Source of the DNA: an uncultured Desulfospira sp.
Lineage (GTDB): Bacteria > Desulfobacterota > Desulfobacteria > Desulfobacterales > Desulfobacteraceae
NCBI GenBank assembly: GCA_963663165.1
Contig: OY760175.1
Location: 2,240,001-2,304,000 of the forward strand
DNA length: 64,000 nucleotides
Direction of reading: 5' to 3'
Shown: positions 47,073 through 57,195 of the stretch, in pieces
Numbering within the stretch: position 1 is the stretch's first letter
Layout: every line of letters begins with the position of its first letter
Program-made: the position numbers and the translations under genes
Notes under the pieces: generated by a model
The model's database searches: none
What the model was told of the DNA's origin: nothing
Seen by the model: only the letters and a program-made list of their open reading frames with translations

Positions 47073-48746
47073 ATGTCATATCAAGTACTTGCCAGAAAAT
47101 ACCGGCCCCAGACATTTGAGGATGTCCTCGGGCAGGCCCATGTGACCCAGACCCTGGCCAACGCCATTTCAGCGGACCGGGTGGCCCATGCCATTTTGTT
47201 TACCGGGCCCAGGGGAACGGGAAAAACCACCATTGCAAGGATTATGGCCAAGGCCATGAACTGTGTTGAAGGGCCCACCCCGACCCCCTGCAACCAGTGT
47301 AGCATCTGTAAAGACATCATCCAGGGCCATTGTTCCGACGTATTTGAAATTGACGGGGCCTCCAACAACAGCGTGGACCAGATCCGGGAACTTAGAGAAA
47401 ACGTGGCCTACATGCCGTCGGCCGCACCTTATAAGATCTACATTATCGATGAGGTGCATATGCTGTCCACGGCCGCCTTTAACGCCCTGCTCAAAACCCT
47501 GGAAGAGCCGCCTTCCCATGTGATGTTCATCTTTGCCACCACGGAAGTCCACAAAATCCCGGCCACTATTCTGTCCCGGTGCCAGCGCCATGATCTGGGC
47601 CGGATTCCCCTGGCCGACATCTCAGATCATTTAAACAAGCTCTGCACCATGGAAGGATTTTCCGTGGACCGGGAGGGGCTTGACATTATTGCCATGGAGG
47701 CGGATGGGTCTGTGCGGGATTCCTTAAGCCTGCTGGACCGGATCCTGTCCTCCTCCGACGCAACCACCATTACCCGGGAACACCTGGTGGACCGGTTGGG
47801 GGTCCCGGACAGAAAACTGTTGTTTAACACGGCATCGGCCATTTTTAACAGGGACGGGGCTGCCCTTCTTGACATTGTGGAAAAAGTGGACGATTCCGGC
47901 CTTGATTTAAAAAAATTCTATGCCGACATTATCCTTCATTTCCGTAATCTAAACGTTATCCGGCTGTGCGGCCCCGAACATGCGCCGGTCAACCTGGCCG
48001 ATACGGAAAAAAAGCAGATTTCAGACCTGGTGTCGGGATTTTCTGAAAATTATCTGGGCACGCTGCTGGCCACCCTGTTAAAGGAAGAATCCATTATTAA
48101 ATTTTCTTCCCACACCCGGACCGCCATGGAGATGATCCTGCTCAAAACACTCAGGATCCGGCCCAATGCAGATCTTGACCAGGTGATCCTTCGCCTGGAC
48201 ACCCTGGCCAGATCCATTGAAAATATGCCGGTGCCGGCGGCCGCCACGCCTGAACCAGGCTATCAGGCCGTCCAAAGCCCGCCGCCCGTTCCCCAGGAAG
48301 GCCGGTGCCAGGCAGCACCCCCTTTTTCCCCGGCTCCCCCGCCGCCTGTACCGGAGCCCCCCAATGTAACCGCCCCCCCGGCACCTGCCCCGGTTCCCCC
48401 CCAACGGACCTGGCAGGGCTTTTTAAAAGAAATCGAACAGCACCTGCCCTTTATCCACGCCCTGATGGTAAAGGCGAAGGTCAAGGAGCCCGATGACAGC
48501 CACATTCTGGTGGAACTTGAAAACTGCTCAGCCTTTGATAAATCCAGGCTGGAAAACAAAAGAAAAGAACTCATTGACCTTTGCCGGAACTTTTTGGGAA
48601 AAACCCTGAACTTTAACATTGTTTCTGAAAACAGCCCGGTCATTGAACACCAGAAAAACCACGAGGATATTAAAGTGAAACAGGCTGCCTTTGGGCATCC
48701 TTTGGTACAGGAGGCCATAAGGATCTTTGACGGAGAGATAATATAA
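47073..48746 (+). CDS. dnaX: DNA polymerase III subunit gamma/tau
   Basis: YQVLARKYRPQTF, GPRGTGKTT, EIDGASN, IIDEVHML, SRCQ, Pro-rich linker. Confidence 0.98.
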   Translation: MSYQVLARKYRPQTFEDVLGQAHVTQTLANAISADRVAHAILFTGPRGTGKTTIARIMAKAMNCVEGPTPTPCNQCSICKDIIQGHCSDVFEIDGASNNSVDQIRELRENVAYMPSAAPYKIYIIDEVHMLSTAAFNALLKTLEEPPSHVMFIFATTEVHKIPATILSRCQRHDLGRIPLADISDHLNKLCTMEGFSVDREGLDIIAMEADGSVRDSLSLLDRILSSSDATTITREHLVDRLGVPDRKLLFNTASAIFNRDGAALLDIVEKVDDSGLDLKKFYADIILHFRNLNVIRLCGPEHAPVNLADTEKKQISDLVSGFSENYLGTLLATLLKEESIIKFSSHTRTAMEMILLKTLRIRPNADLDQVILRLDTLARSIENMPVPAAATPEPGYQAVQSPPPVPQEGRCQAAPPFSPAPPPPVPEPPNVTAPPAPAPVPPQRTWQGFLKEIEQHLPFIHALMVKAKVKEPDDSHILVELENCSAFDKSRLENKRKELIDLCRNFLGKTLNFNIVSENSPVIEHQKNHEDIKVKQAAFGHPLVQEAIRIFDGEII

Positions 48747-48828
48747 GCTGTTAGCTGTTAGCTTTCAGCCTTTAGCTTAAAGGAAAGTTACACCCAGCTA
48801 AAAGCTAATGGCTAACAGCGAAAAGCTA
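48746..48828. repeat. Inverted heptamer array (AGCTGTT / AGCTAAA type)
   Basis: AGCTGTT AGCTGTT AGCTTTC AGCCTTT AGCT ... AGCTAAA AGCTAAT GGCTAAC AGCGAAA AGCT. Confidence 0.75.
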
Positions 48829-48848
48829 ATAAATAAGGAGATAATAAA

Positions 48849-49157
48849 ATGAGAAATATGAACAATATGATGAAACAGGCCCAGAAGCTTCAAAAGAAAA
48901 TGCTCAAGACCCAGGAGGAACTGGTTTTGAAAACTGTTGAAGCCTCGGCCGGCGGCGGCATGGTCAAAGTGGTGGCCAATGGCGGGCAGAAAATTGAATC
49001 CATTGTCCTTGAAAAAGAGGTGGTGGACCCCGAAGATGTGGAAATGCTCCAGGATTTGATTCAGGCCGCCGTTAACGATGCCCTGAACAAGGCCCAGGAA
49101 ATGGTTTCCGCTGAAATGAACAAACTGACCGGCGGCCTGAATATTCCGGGCCTCTGA
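48849..49157 (+). CDS. ybaB: YbaB/EbfC nucleoid-associated protein
   Basis: MMKQAQ, AGGGMV, D.EMLQDLI.AAVNDA; dnaX-ybaB-recR synteny. Confidence 0.95.
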   Translation: MRNMNNMMKQAQKLQKKMLKTQEELVLKTVEASAGGGMVKVVANGGQKIESIVLEKEVVDPEDVEMLQDLIQAAVNDALNKAQEMVSAEMNKLTGGLNIPGL

Positions 49158-49167
49158 TTTTTATACT

Positions 49168-49767
49168 GTGAACCACTACCCTGAAGCCATTATAAAGCTG
49201 ATCAACAGCCTTTGCACCCTTCCCGGGATCGGGCAGAAAACAGCAGAACGCCTGGCCCTTCACCTGCTTTATGCCCCGGACCGCGAGTCGGCTGATATGG
49301 CAAAGGCCATTACAGAGCTGAAACAAAAGGTAAAGACCTGTTCCACCTGTTTTAATCTAAGCGACCATGATACCTGCGCCATCTGCAACGACCCGTCAAG
49401 GGATCCTTCCATCATCTGCGTGGTGGAAAATCCCGCAGACATGGCCGTAATTGAAAAATCAAACGCTTTTTTGGGCACCTACCATATCCTGGGAGGGGTC
49501 CTGTCCCCCATTGACGGGATCGGGCCTGATGACATCAGGCTGTCGGAACTCTTTGACCGGGCAGACCCAAACAAAATCAAAGAAATTATTCTAGCCCTGC
49601 GGACCAACGTTGAAGGGGAGGCCACGGCCACCTATATTTGCGACCGCCTGAAAAAAAGAAAGATCAGGATCACCCGGATTGCTTCGGGGGTCCCTTTGGG
49701 TGAAGACTTAAAATATGTGGACCCCTTGACCATGCAAAAGGCCATGGAAAAAAGATATGGATTCTAA
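49168..49767 (+). CDS. recR: Recombination protein RecR
   Basis: LPGIG.KTAER, C..C...C.IC, CVVE, YH.LGG.LSP.DG, EGEATA, RIA.G.P. Confidence 0.97.
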   Translation: MNHYPEAIIKLINSLCTLPGIGQKTAERLALHLLYAPDRESADMAKAITELKQKVKTCSTCFNLSDHDTCAICNDPSRDPSIICVVENPADMAVIEKSNAFLGTYHILGGVLSPIDGIGPDDIRLSELFDRADPNKIKEIILALRTNVEGEATATYICDRLKKRKIRITRIASGVPLGEDLKYVDPLTMQKAMEKRYGF

Positions 49768-50164
49768 GTGTCAGACCGCTGAAGATATTTTTCAATGCAA
49801 ACTTTGCGGGGAATGCTGCCGGGGATTTGGCGGCACCTATGTTACGGATGAGGATATCCGTAACATTGCCTGTTTCATCGGGACCGATCCCGCTATGTTT
49901 GTGAATGAGTACTGCGACATGGCCGGGTCAAAGCCCGTGTTAACCCAAGGCGAAAACGAAAAGTGCATTTTCTTTAATGACAGCCGCCAATGCACCATCC
50001 ACCCGGTCAAACCCTATATGTGCCGGGCCTGGCCCTTTATCAAGACCATTATTAAAAACCCGGAAAACTGGGATGCCATGGCCGGGGCCTGCCCGGGCAT
50101 GAAAAAAGGGGTTCCCCATAAAGATCTGATTCGGATCACCACCCTTGAACTGGAAAAATTATAG
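49757..50164 (+). CDS. YkgJ-family cysteine cluster protein
   Basis: F.C..CG.CC, CIF, CTIHPVKP..CR.WPF, CPG. Confidence 0.9.
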   Translation: MDSKCQTAEDIFQCKLCGECCRGFGGTYVTDEDIRNIACFIGTDPAMFVNEYCDMAGSKPVLTQGENEKCIFFNDSRQCTIHPVKPYMCRAWPFIKTIIKNPENWDAMAGACPGMKKGVPHKDLIRITTLELEKL

Positions 50165-50171
50165 GCGTTTA

Positions 50172-50243
50172 GGATGAAGGATGAAGGCTAAAGGCTAAAG
50201 GCTAAAGGCTAAAGGCTAAAGGCTAAAGGCTAAAGGCTAAAGG
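50172..50243. repeat. Tandem heptamer repeat (GGATGAA)2(GGCTAAA)8
   Basis: Eight perfect GGCTAAA units at 50186-50241. Confidence 0.95.
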
Positions 50244-50323
50244 AATTTAGACCAAAGACAGACAGGCTGCAAGACCATAACGGCACTTTATTTACAACCC
50301 CTCTTGTTTCTTGTTTCCAGTCT

Positions 50324-51145
50324 CTAGTTTCTTGCTTTCATATCATTAAACTGCCGGGCAATACTGTCCCGTTCATAGACGATTTCAACCCGCCGGTTCC
50401 GGGCACGGCCCATGGCCGTGTCATTGGTGGCCACCGGGTGGTAATGGGCATACCCTTCAGCAGAAATATACTGGGGCGGCACCCCGTTGGCCACTAAAAG
50501 ACGGACTACGGTAGACGCCCGGGCCGCTGATAATTCCCAGTTTGACGGATAAATGGAAGAGGAAATAGGAGAACTGTCGGTATGGCCCTTTACCTTGACA
50601 TGATAGGCCAGGCGCGACAGTACAGCCGCTACTTTTTTTAAGATATCCAGCCCTTTTTCAGACAGCCGCGTGCCCCCCCTGTCAAACAGCAGAAGATCCG
50701 ACATGGTGATCACCACCCCTTCCTCGGTTTTCACCACGCTCACCTCTCCGCCAAGTTTGTTGAACAGGACCAGTTCGCGCACCTCGGAAACGATGTCTTC
50801 CATCTCTTTTTCAATCATCCCCCCCATCTCATCAATCTGCTGTTCCTGTGAGGGTTCTTCAGAAGGAACCGGGTGCATGGTCAAGCCTTCCCGGGTGCCG
50901 GACTCGGGAACAGACTGGGCCCCTAAGGCACTGCGTAATGAGGTGACCAGTTCCTTATAGGTTTCCTGCTGGGTGGTACTCATGGCAAACAAAAGCACAA
51001 AAAAGCACATTAGAAGGGTAACCAGATCCGCAAAGGTGGCCATCCATTCAGGCGCACCCCCGCCTTCGTCCTTTTTCCCCTCATCTTCCGGGGGCGGTGC
51101 TAACCCGCCGCTCTCCTGTTCGTCTGCTGCGTTGTCTTCAGCCAT
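50324..51145 (-). CDS. motB: Flagellar stator MotB/PomB
   Basis: WMATFADLVTLLMCFFVLL, OmpA-like GHTD, NWELSAARA, NRRVEI. Confidence 0.95.
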   Translation of the reverse strand: MAEDNAADEQESGGLAPPPEDEGKKDEGGGAPEWMATFADLVTLLMCFFVLLFAMSTTQQETYKELVTSLRSALGAQSVPESGTREGLTMHPVPSEEPSQEQQIDEMGGMIEKEMEDIVSEVRELVLFNKLGGEVSVVKTEEGVVITMSDLLLFDRGGTRLSEKGLDILKKVAAVLSRLAYHVKVKGHTDSSPISSSIYPSNWELSAARASTVVRLLVANGVPPQYISAEGYAHYHPVATNDTAMGRARNRRVEIVYERDSIARQFNDMKARN

Positions 51146-51152
51146 AGGTTAT

Positions 51153-51920
51153 CTACTCTTTACCTTTGTCGCCACCCTTGCCGCCGGCCAGGTATACATT
51201 GAGCTTATCTTCCATGAGTTTGGGATGTTCCCCCTCTCTGATGGAAATAATGCCCTCAAAAATAATATTCATATTGGTCACTTCTTCCTCAGCCCGGCCG
51301 TTGAGCTTGTCGGCCATGGGAATAAAAAACAAATTGGCCATAACCGCCCCGTAAAACGTGGTAATCATGGCCACGGCCATTTTAGGGCCGATGGAAGACG
51401 GGTCATCCAGGTTGGCCAGCATCTGAACCAGGCCGATCAGGGTCCCGATCATGCCGAATGCCGGGGCATAGGAACCCATGGATGAAAACAGGGCTGATCC
51501 GGTCTCCAGCCGTTTTTTGGTCAGGGACATCTTTTTTTGCATGATGGCGGCAATGTCCCCTGTTTTTACCCCGTCCACGGTCATCTGAAGGGCCTGGGCC
51601 AGGTAAGGGTCCGACGTGGACTGAATATCACCTTCTATGGACAGCAGCCCCCCTTTCCGGGCTTTGTTGGATATTTCCACCAGGTTGGCAATGATGTCTT
51701 CGGCCTTTTCAATTTTAAACATAAAGACCCGCATCCCGTTTTTAAACAGTCCCATGATGTCCGATAGCGGAAAGCCGATCATTGTGGCCGCAATGGTCCC
51801 GCCCACAACTATGAGGATGGAAGGAATGTTGACAAACATCATAATACTGCCGCCGAGCAGGATGGTTCCCAGTACAAACCCCATTCCGGAAACAACACCG
51901 ATAACCGAGGAAATATCCAT
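51153..51920 (-). CDS. motA: Flagellar stator MotA/PomA
   Basis: PS..IV.GGT, ARK.GLL..E, DG, APAFGMIGTLIGL, A..TT.YG. Confidence 0.95.
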   Translation of the reverse strand: MDISSVIGVVSGMGFVLGTILLGGSIMMFVNIPSILIVVGGTIAATMIGFPLSDIMGLFKNGMRVFMFKIEKAEDIIANLVEISNKARKGGLLSIEGDIQSTSDPYLAQALQMTVDGVKTGDIAAIMQKKMSLTKKRLETGSALFSSMGSYAPAFGMIGTLIGLVQMLANLDDPSSIGPKMAVAMITTFYGAVMANLFFIPMADKLNGRAEEEVTNMNIIFEGIISIREGEHPKLMEDKLNVYLAGGKGGDKGKE

Positions 51921-51923
51921 GTT

Positions 51924-53303
51924 CTAAACCTTTATGTAAATCGTTTCATCAACAGGGTATTCCCTGTTGTACTTTATAATTTTATCAATGGCCTCCTGGG
52001 TCAGAAGGGTGTCGGCGGAAAAAAGCTTGGTTCCCGTGGCCGTAAACAAGGCCGTCCCCAGCCGCATCCCGGGTTCAAGCTGGGCAATGCCGATGCTTCT
52101 GATTTTCCAGGATTCAGCTCCCATATGAAGGACCGCATACTTTTCGAGCCATCCGGCGATCACGGGATCAAGCCTTGCGCCGGCCTCCTGTTCCAGGGCT
52201 TCTAACAGTGCCTCCAAATTGTTGTTGTCTGGATCATCTTTTAATCGTTCAAACACGTCGGCTCCGGCAAGGATTCTGGACAGTAAGGGAATATATCTTT
52301 TTTTTAACCCTTTGGGATAACCTGTCCCGTCTGAATTTTCATTCATGAACCGGATAATCCGGGCGACCCTGGTAAAACAGGTACACTGTTCAATAAGATC
52401 GGCTCCTTTGACCGGATATTGAATTAAAATATCGGCTTGGAGAGCAGATGCCTTGGCCTCCCTCACGGGTTCCGGCATGAACAATAGTCCGATTTCATGA
52501 AGCATACCAGCTTTTCTCAAATCCTCCAACTGATTTTCATCAATCCCCATACCACGGCCGATGTGACAGGCAATATGGGCCACACGTTCACAATGGTTCC
52601 GGTTGGTTTCCACCCTTGTTTTAATCAAGGTGGCCAGGATGTCGACAAAGCCCTTCACATTCTGGTCTAAATCCTGTTTGACCTGGGCCATCTGATTTTT
52701 CATCCGGTCCCGTTCCAGGTTCAGGGCCTGGATCTGTTTTAAGGCATTGTTCAGGCTGGTCTTTTCGCTGATCAGCTCCTGTTTTAAGACGGCCAGCTGC
52801 CCTTTGAACCGGTCCAGGTATGCCAGGGACTTTTCCTGGGTTTGCTGCATGGTGTCCAGCCGCTGAGAAAGATTCTTTTTGTCAAGAAAAGGCGCCAGGG
52901 TCAGCCGGATCTCTTCAGCAGTAAAGGGGCGGATTAAAAATCCATTGTACCCGCTTTCCAGAAGTTCCTGCCGGTGCCTGGCCTCCAAAGCCCTGTCCAG
53001 CACCAGAAAAATTGCCGGAGAAAACATGGCGTTAAGCTGTTTAAGCTGCCCCATACGCTGCTTTGCCCCGGGCATCACCGTGTTTTCAACAAAACTGCCG
53101 CCATCTTCAGGGCTGTTCTCCGTCCGGCCTGCGGCAAAAACAAGAACAATATCCGGCATACCGCCTGAAGCGATTTCGCCAAAGGACGACTCAGGGGCCG
53201 GATAATGGCGAAGGTTAAACCCGTTTTCCTTTGACAGCGGTGTTAAGTCTTCGTTGTCCGGGTTTCCCCCTAAACAGATTAAGGATATCAGATCATTTGA
53301 CAT
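51924..53303 (-). CDS. Degenerate HD-GYP protein with receiver-like N-terminus and coiled coil
   Basis: HCERVA, LHEIG, ENSDGTGYP, SRILAGAD; GFLIRPF receiver-like end; C-terminal L.PGM module. Confidence 0.8.
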   Translation of the reverse strand: MSNDLISLICLGGNPDNEDLTPLSKENGFNLRHYPAPESSFGEIASGGMPDIVLVFAAGRTENSPEDGGSFVENTVMPGAKQRMGQLKQLNAMFSPAIFLVLDRALEARHRQELLESGYNGFLIRPFTAEEIRLTLAPFLDKKNLSQRLDTMQQTQEKSLAYLDRFKGQLAVLKQELISEKTSLNNALKQIQALNLERDRMKNQMAQVKQDLDQNVKGFVDILATLIKTRVETNRNHCERVAHIACHIGRGMGIDENQLEDLRKAGMLHEIGLLFMPEPVREAKASALQADILIQYPVKGADLIEQCTCFTRVARIIRFMNENSDGTGYPKGLKKRYIPLLSRILAGADVFERLKDDPDNNNLEALLEALEQEAGARLDPVIAGWLEKYAVLHMGAESWKIRSIGIAQLEPGMRLGTALFTATGTKLFSADTLLTQEAIDKIIKYNREYPVDETIYIKV

Positions 53304-53339
53304 GGTTTATGTTGACACAGGTTGATATATTTATGATGG

Positions 53340-53891
53340 CTACTCAGAATAATCGGCCATCCACCATTCATCCCACCGGGTTTCAAGGATCCCCTCTTTG
53401 ATTTGCTTTCCCAAGGTCGTTTTTAAGCGGTCACACACAATGGGCAGCCATTCTTCAGGCGGTTTTGACCCCAGGTCTTTGAGCTTTTTCAATTCAAGAA
53501 TAAACGACAGCTGGTCCGCATCGTTGGCCAGCCGGGCCTCCCTGGTTTCTCCGGCATTGAACTCTTCTATGAGCATTTTGATATCTTCGCCAAAAGCGAT
53601 TTTGCCGGTTAAATGGGAAATGGCCTTGGCCTCATCGGTTTCAGAATAATTTTTCTGGACATAGTTAAAATCCCCTGTCCTGGCCTCTGCCAGGTCATGG
53701 ACCAGGGCCATGGCCAGCAGTTTTTCCCCATCCACTTCAGGGTCCAGCCGTGACATGGCAAAACAGATAAGCGCCGTGGAAAAACAATGCTCGGCAATGC
53801 TTTCCCGGCCAACGCCCAAAAAGGCGTATCCGGACCGGTTAAGGTCTTTTAATATCCTGATTTCAAACAACAGATTGGCAATCCGCTTCAT
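53340..53891 (-). CDS. HD-domain hydrolase (YfbR/HD_3-like)
   Basis: LK.L.RSG, ESIAEH, HDLAEARTGD, DADQL; start MKRIAN at 53891. Confidence 0.88.
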   Translation of the reverse strand: MKRIANLLFEIRILKDLNRSGYAFLGVGRESIAEHCFSTALICFAMSRLDPEVDGEKLLAMALVHDLAEARTGDFNYVQKNYSETDEAKAISHLTGKIAFGEDIKMLIEEFNAGETREARLANDADQLSFILELKKLKDLGSKPPEEWLPIVCDRLKTTLGKQIKEGILETRWDEWWMADYSE

Positions 53892-54060
53892 TTCCTTCAA
53901 TTCTCTTTCCCAAATTTTTCTTAAGCGCAAGCTGTGTCAGCAATATGGTCAGGATATGGACCGTCCCGGCAATAATGGCAACAATTCTTGACATTTTATA
54001 AAACACTAGCTTAAATAAAGTCAAGATATACAACAGCCACGAACCGTTACGGGAGGCTTC

Positions 54061-55074
54061 ATGTTTCAATTTAAGACCGGGCTTTTTATCTTCTGCCTCA
54101 TTTTTCTGACCACTTTCCAGGCCGCAGCTTTTGAAACCGGCACACACCAGAACACCCCATCCGTTGAGTTTGACCCTGACAGCGACTCTGGGTTTTATTA
54201 TACCATTCAAAAGGGGGACACCCTCTGGGACCTGTCCCAGAAATTTTACCATTCACAATGGGACTGGCCCGGACTGTGGGAGATGAACCAAGATATCAAA
54301 AATCCCCACTGGATTTATCCGGGTAATAAAATCAGGCTGTTTTTGAAAAAAGAGACGGCCGGTTATCAAAAGGCTCCCGAGGTCCGGCCCGTCACGGATG
54401 TTGATCCGTCTTTTGTGTTTTCAGGAATGGATTATACCGGGTTTATCCGCAAAACAGCGGTACCGGCCTTAGGCACCATTACCAGAGAAAAAACCGGAAA
54501 AGAACTGATCACGGTCAAGGATACCATCTACATCAAACCATCGGGGGAAGGAAGCCTGATCCCTGGAGAAACTTACCTGGTTTTTTCCACCCGGAAAATC
54601 AACGAGACCATTAACCAGACCCGGATCAAAGGGATCAAACACCAGCTCAAGGCCAAGGTAAAAATCCTTGAACACCAGGCCAATTTTGCCACGGCTGTTG
54701 TTGTTGACGCAGACAGAGAGATCAATACCGGGGATAAGATCATGGCCCTTTACCCCCGGGAAAACCGGTTAACGGTTGAGGAATCCCCGCCCCCCATTGA
54801 TGCCAGCATGATCTGCTCTGAAGACGACACCGTGCTGCTCAACGACCAGCGGATCGCCTTTATTGACCGGGGCCGCGCCCACAATGTCAAACCGGGGCAG
54901 ATTTATGCCGTGTTCCAGGCACTAGAGCCATCCTACCGGCAAACCCGGTCCGCTTCTGAACTCGCCCCTGTCAACATCGGCAAGCTCATTGTGCTGCATA
55001 CCGAGGAAACCACCTCAACGGTGCTGATCCTGTCTTCAACAAAAGAAATCCATCCCGGGGATAAGGTGAGGTAG
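54061..55074 (+). CDS. Secreted LysM peptidoglycan-binding protein
   Basis: Signal peptide; YTIQKGDTLWDLS..W..LW..N..IKNPHWIYPG. Confidence 0.92.
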   Translation: MFQFKTGLFIFCLIFLTTFQAAAFETGTHQNTPSVEFDPDSDSGFYYTIQKGDTLWDLSQKFYHSQWDWPGLWEMNQDIKNPHWIYPGNKIRLFLKKETAGYQKAPEVRPVTDVDPSFVFSGMDYTGFIRKTAVPALGTITREKTGKELITVKDTIYIKPSGEGSLIPGETYLVFSTRKINETINQTRIKGIKHQLKAKVKILEHQANFATAVVVDADREINTGDKIMALYPRENRLTVEESPPPIDASMICSEDDTVLLNDQRIAFIDRGRAHNVKPGQIYAVFQALEPSYRQTRSASELAPVNIGKLIVLHTEETTSTVLILSSTKEIHPGDKVR

Positions 55075-55168
55075 GGGTTTAGACTGAAGGCTGAAGGGGT
55101 TTAGGATTGCGCATCCCTTTAGCCTAACCAGCCTCAGCCTTCAGCCTAAAAACCTTCAGCCTAATCCC
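55075..55168. repeat. Inverted heptamer array (GGCTGAA / TTCAGCC) between convergent genes
   Basis: TTAGACTGAAGGCTGAAGG ... CCTTCAGCCTAA x2. Confidence 0.75.
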
Positions 55169-56974
55169 CTATAATAAATCCCAGGTTACCCTTAGGATCT
55201 CCTGATACGTCGTCTGCCCTCCCAGCATTTTGCTGATGCCGTTCTGCCGAAGCAGGGTAAGTCCCTGTTCAAGGGCCTTTCTGCGCATGGCTTCCAGATC
55301 TGCTTCGCCAGAGGTCAGATGCTTTAAACTTTCCGTATAAGGCAGGATCTCATAAATTCCGGTCCGGCCTGAATACCCGGTCTGCCGGCACTTGATACAC
55401 CCTTTGCCGTGCTTGAGGGTGATTGGCCCTGTCCGGTCGATTTTCAGGCCAAGCCCTTCGAGTTCTGCGGCATCCATTTCAAAGGACTGGGCACAGTGGG
55501 GGCAGATTTTCCTGACCAGGCGCTGGGCCACCACCCCGTTCAGGGAGGAGTGGATCAAATAAGGGGGAATGCCCAGGTCCAGGAGCCTGAAAACCGTGGA
55601 AACCGAATCGTTGGTATGAAGGGTGGACAACACCAGATGGCCGGTCAAGGCGGCCTGGACAGCTGCCCGGGCCGTTTCAAGATCCCGGATCTCACCCACC
55701 ATGATAATGTCCGGGTCCTGGCGCAGAATGTTCCTGAGCACCGACCCGAATGTTACTTCAATGGCGGGCTGGACAGCGATCTGGTTAAACTCTTCATGGA
55801 TCATCTCAATGGGGTCTTCAATGGTGGTGATGTTGACCTCAGGAGATGAGAGCATCCGCAGGCTCGAGTAAAGGGTGGTGGATTTGCCGGATCCCGTAGG
55901 CCCGGTAACCAGAACAATGCCGAAGGGCAGGGAAATCAGCTGCCGGTACTTTTGAAAATCATCCCCTGAAAAGCCCAGCATTTCAAGGTCCTGGAACAGG
56001 ATATCCGGGTCCATGATCCTTAAGACCAGTTTTTCCCCAAAGGCCACGGGAATGGTGGAAACCCGGATTTCAACTTCGGTACTGTCCTTTTCCATCTTGA
56101 TGCGCCCGTCCTGGGGACGCCGTTTTTCAGCCATATCCAGGCCGGACAGGGTTTTAATCCGGCTGACCACGGCGTTGTGAAGCTTTCTGGGAAGCTTGTA
56201 TACCGTGTGCAAAACCCCGTCGATGCGCATGCGGACCAGGCAGATCTCCCGCTTGGGTTCCACATGAATATCACTGGCTTTCTGGTCAAAGGCATATGAA
56301 AACAGGTGGTTGACCGCATTGACAATATGCTGGTCCGTGGACGGCAGCTCATCGGTGGCCGTCAGGCTGACAAATTTCTCCAGGTTGCCCAGGTCCGGCC
56401 CCTTGGCGGCAAACAGGTCCTCTGCGGCGGAAATGGAATAGTGGAATCCGAAAAACTCTTTGATCAGTTTTTCCACATCTGATTTTGAACTGACAATGGG
56501 TTTAACCTTGAGCTTGGAAACCATTTCCACGTCGTGGACGGCATCCGTGTTAAAGGGATTGGGCGTGGCCACCAGCAGCTTTCCCTCCTCCACCTGAAGG
56601 GGAAGCAGCAAATGTTTTAAGGCAAAGGATTTTGAAATGGTCCCGGTGACGGTTTTCAACTCCAGCTTCAAGGGGTCAATTTTTTTGTATTCCATTTTCC
56701 AGGATGCCGCCAGGGCCCGGTATACCAGATCTTCATCAATGGTTTTTCCAGGCTGGTCCATGCGCGAAAGCTCCAGGTGGACCACCACATCAATAAAAGA
56801 AATCTCTTTCTCCGGCCGGCCGGGTTTTCCCGCCTGCTTTTTTAATATGATCTGCCGGATCTGATCTTCCCGGCGCAGAAGGTCCAGGGCCTGGCCTTTG
56901 GAGATCAGCCGGGCCCCGATCAGGGCTTTACAGATATTCTGGGGTGTTAACTGGGATTGGGATTGGGATTGCAT
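55169..56974 (-). CDS. GspE/PilB-family secretion/pilus assembly ATPase
   Basis: ASDIHVEP, RIDG, PQDGR, GPTGSGKSTT, TIEDP.E, LRQDPD..MVGEIRD, TGHLV.STLH, C..C..C..C. Confidence 0.96.
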   Translation of the reverse strand: MQSQSQSQLTPQNICKALIGARLISKGQALDLLRREDQIRQIILKKQAGKPGRPEKEISFIDVVVHLELSRMDQPGKTIDEDLVYRALAASWKMEYKKIDPLKLELKTVTGTISKSFALKHLLLPLQVEEGKLLVATPNPFNTDAVHDVEMVSKLKVKPIVSSKSDVEKLIKEFFGFHYSISAAEDLFAAKGPDLGNLEKFVSLTATDELPSTDQHIVNAVNHLFSYAFDQKASDIHVEPKREICLVRMRIDGVLHTVYKLPRKLHNAVVSRIKTLSGLDMAEKRRPQDGRIKMEKDSTEVEIRVSTIPVAFGEKLVLRIMDPDILFQDLEMLGFSGDDFQKYRQLISLPFGIVLVTGPTGSGKSTTLYSSLRMLSSPEVNITTIEDPIEMIHEEFNQIAVQPAIEVTFGSVLRNILRQDPDIIMVGEIRDLETARAAVQAALTGHLVLSTLHTNDSVSTVFRLLDLGIPPYLIHSSLNGVVAQRLVRKICPHCAQSFEMDAAELEGLGLKIDRTGPITLKHGKGCIKCRQTGYSGRTGIYEILPYTESLKHLTSGEADLEAMRRKALEQGLTLLRQNGISKMLGGQTTYQEILRVTWDLL

Positions 56975-57016
56975 ATATTATTAACCTTTGCCTTTGCTGC
57001 ATGGGGTGGGACCGGA

Positions 57017-57053
57017 ACTTCTCATCCAAACACGGGGTTTCGTTCAGGCACTA
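57017..57053 (+). repeat. Family 2 element end fragment
   Basis: ACTTCTCATCCAAACACGGGGTTTCGTTCAGGCACTA. Confidence 0.7.
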
Positions 57054-57195
57054 TCTTAAAGGTAAGGACCATGGGAAAATGTACCTTCTCGGGCAAATCA
57101 TGTCAACGGCAATTCCCCCTTGACTTTCCGGTACCGGTCTGCGCAAATACAAAAATTAAAAATCGACTTTAACCCGCTGAACTTAAAGGAGACCC

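Noticed and set aside
48006..48014. In-frame A-AAA-AAG slippery heptamer in dnaX
   Set aside because: It falls at codon ~313, inside domain III, so a frameshift would truncate the clamp-loader core; no clear stimulatory hairpin.
50324..51920. Zorya ZorAB anti-phage system
   Set aside because: MotA is normal length without the long ZorA tail, the motifs are typical of flagellar PomA/PomB, and there is no ZorC/D/E.
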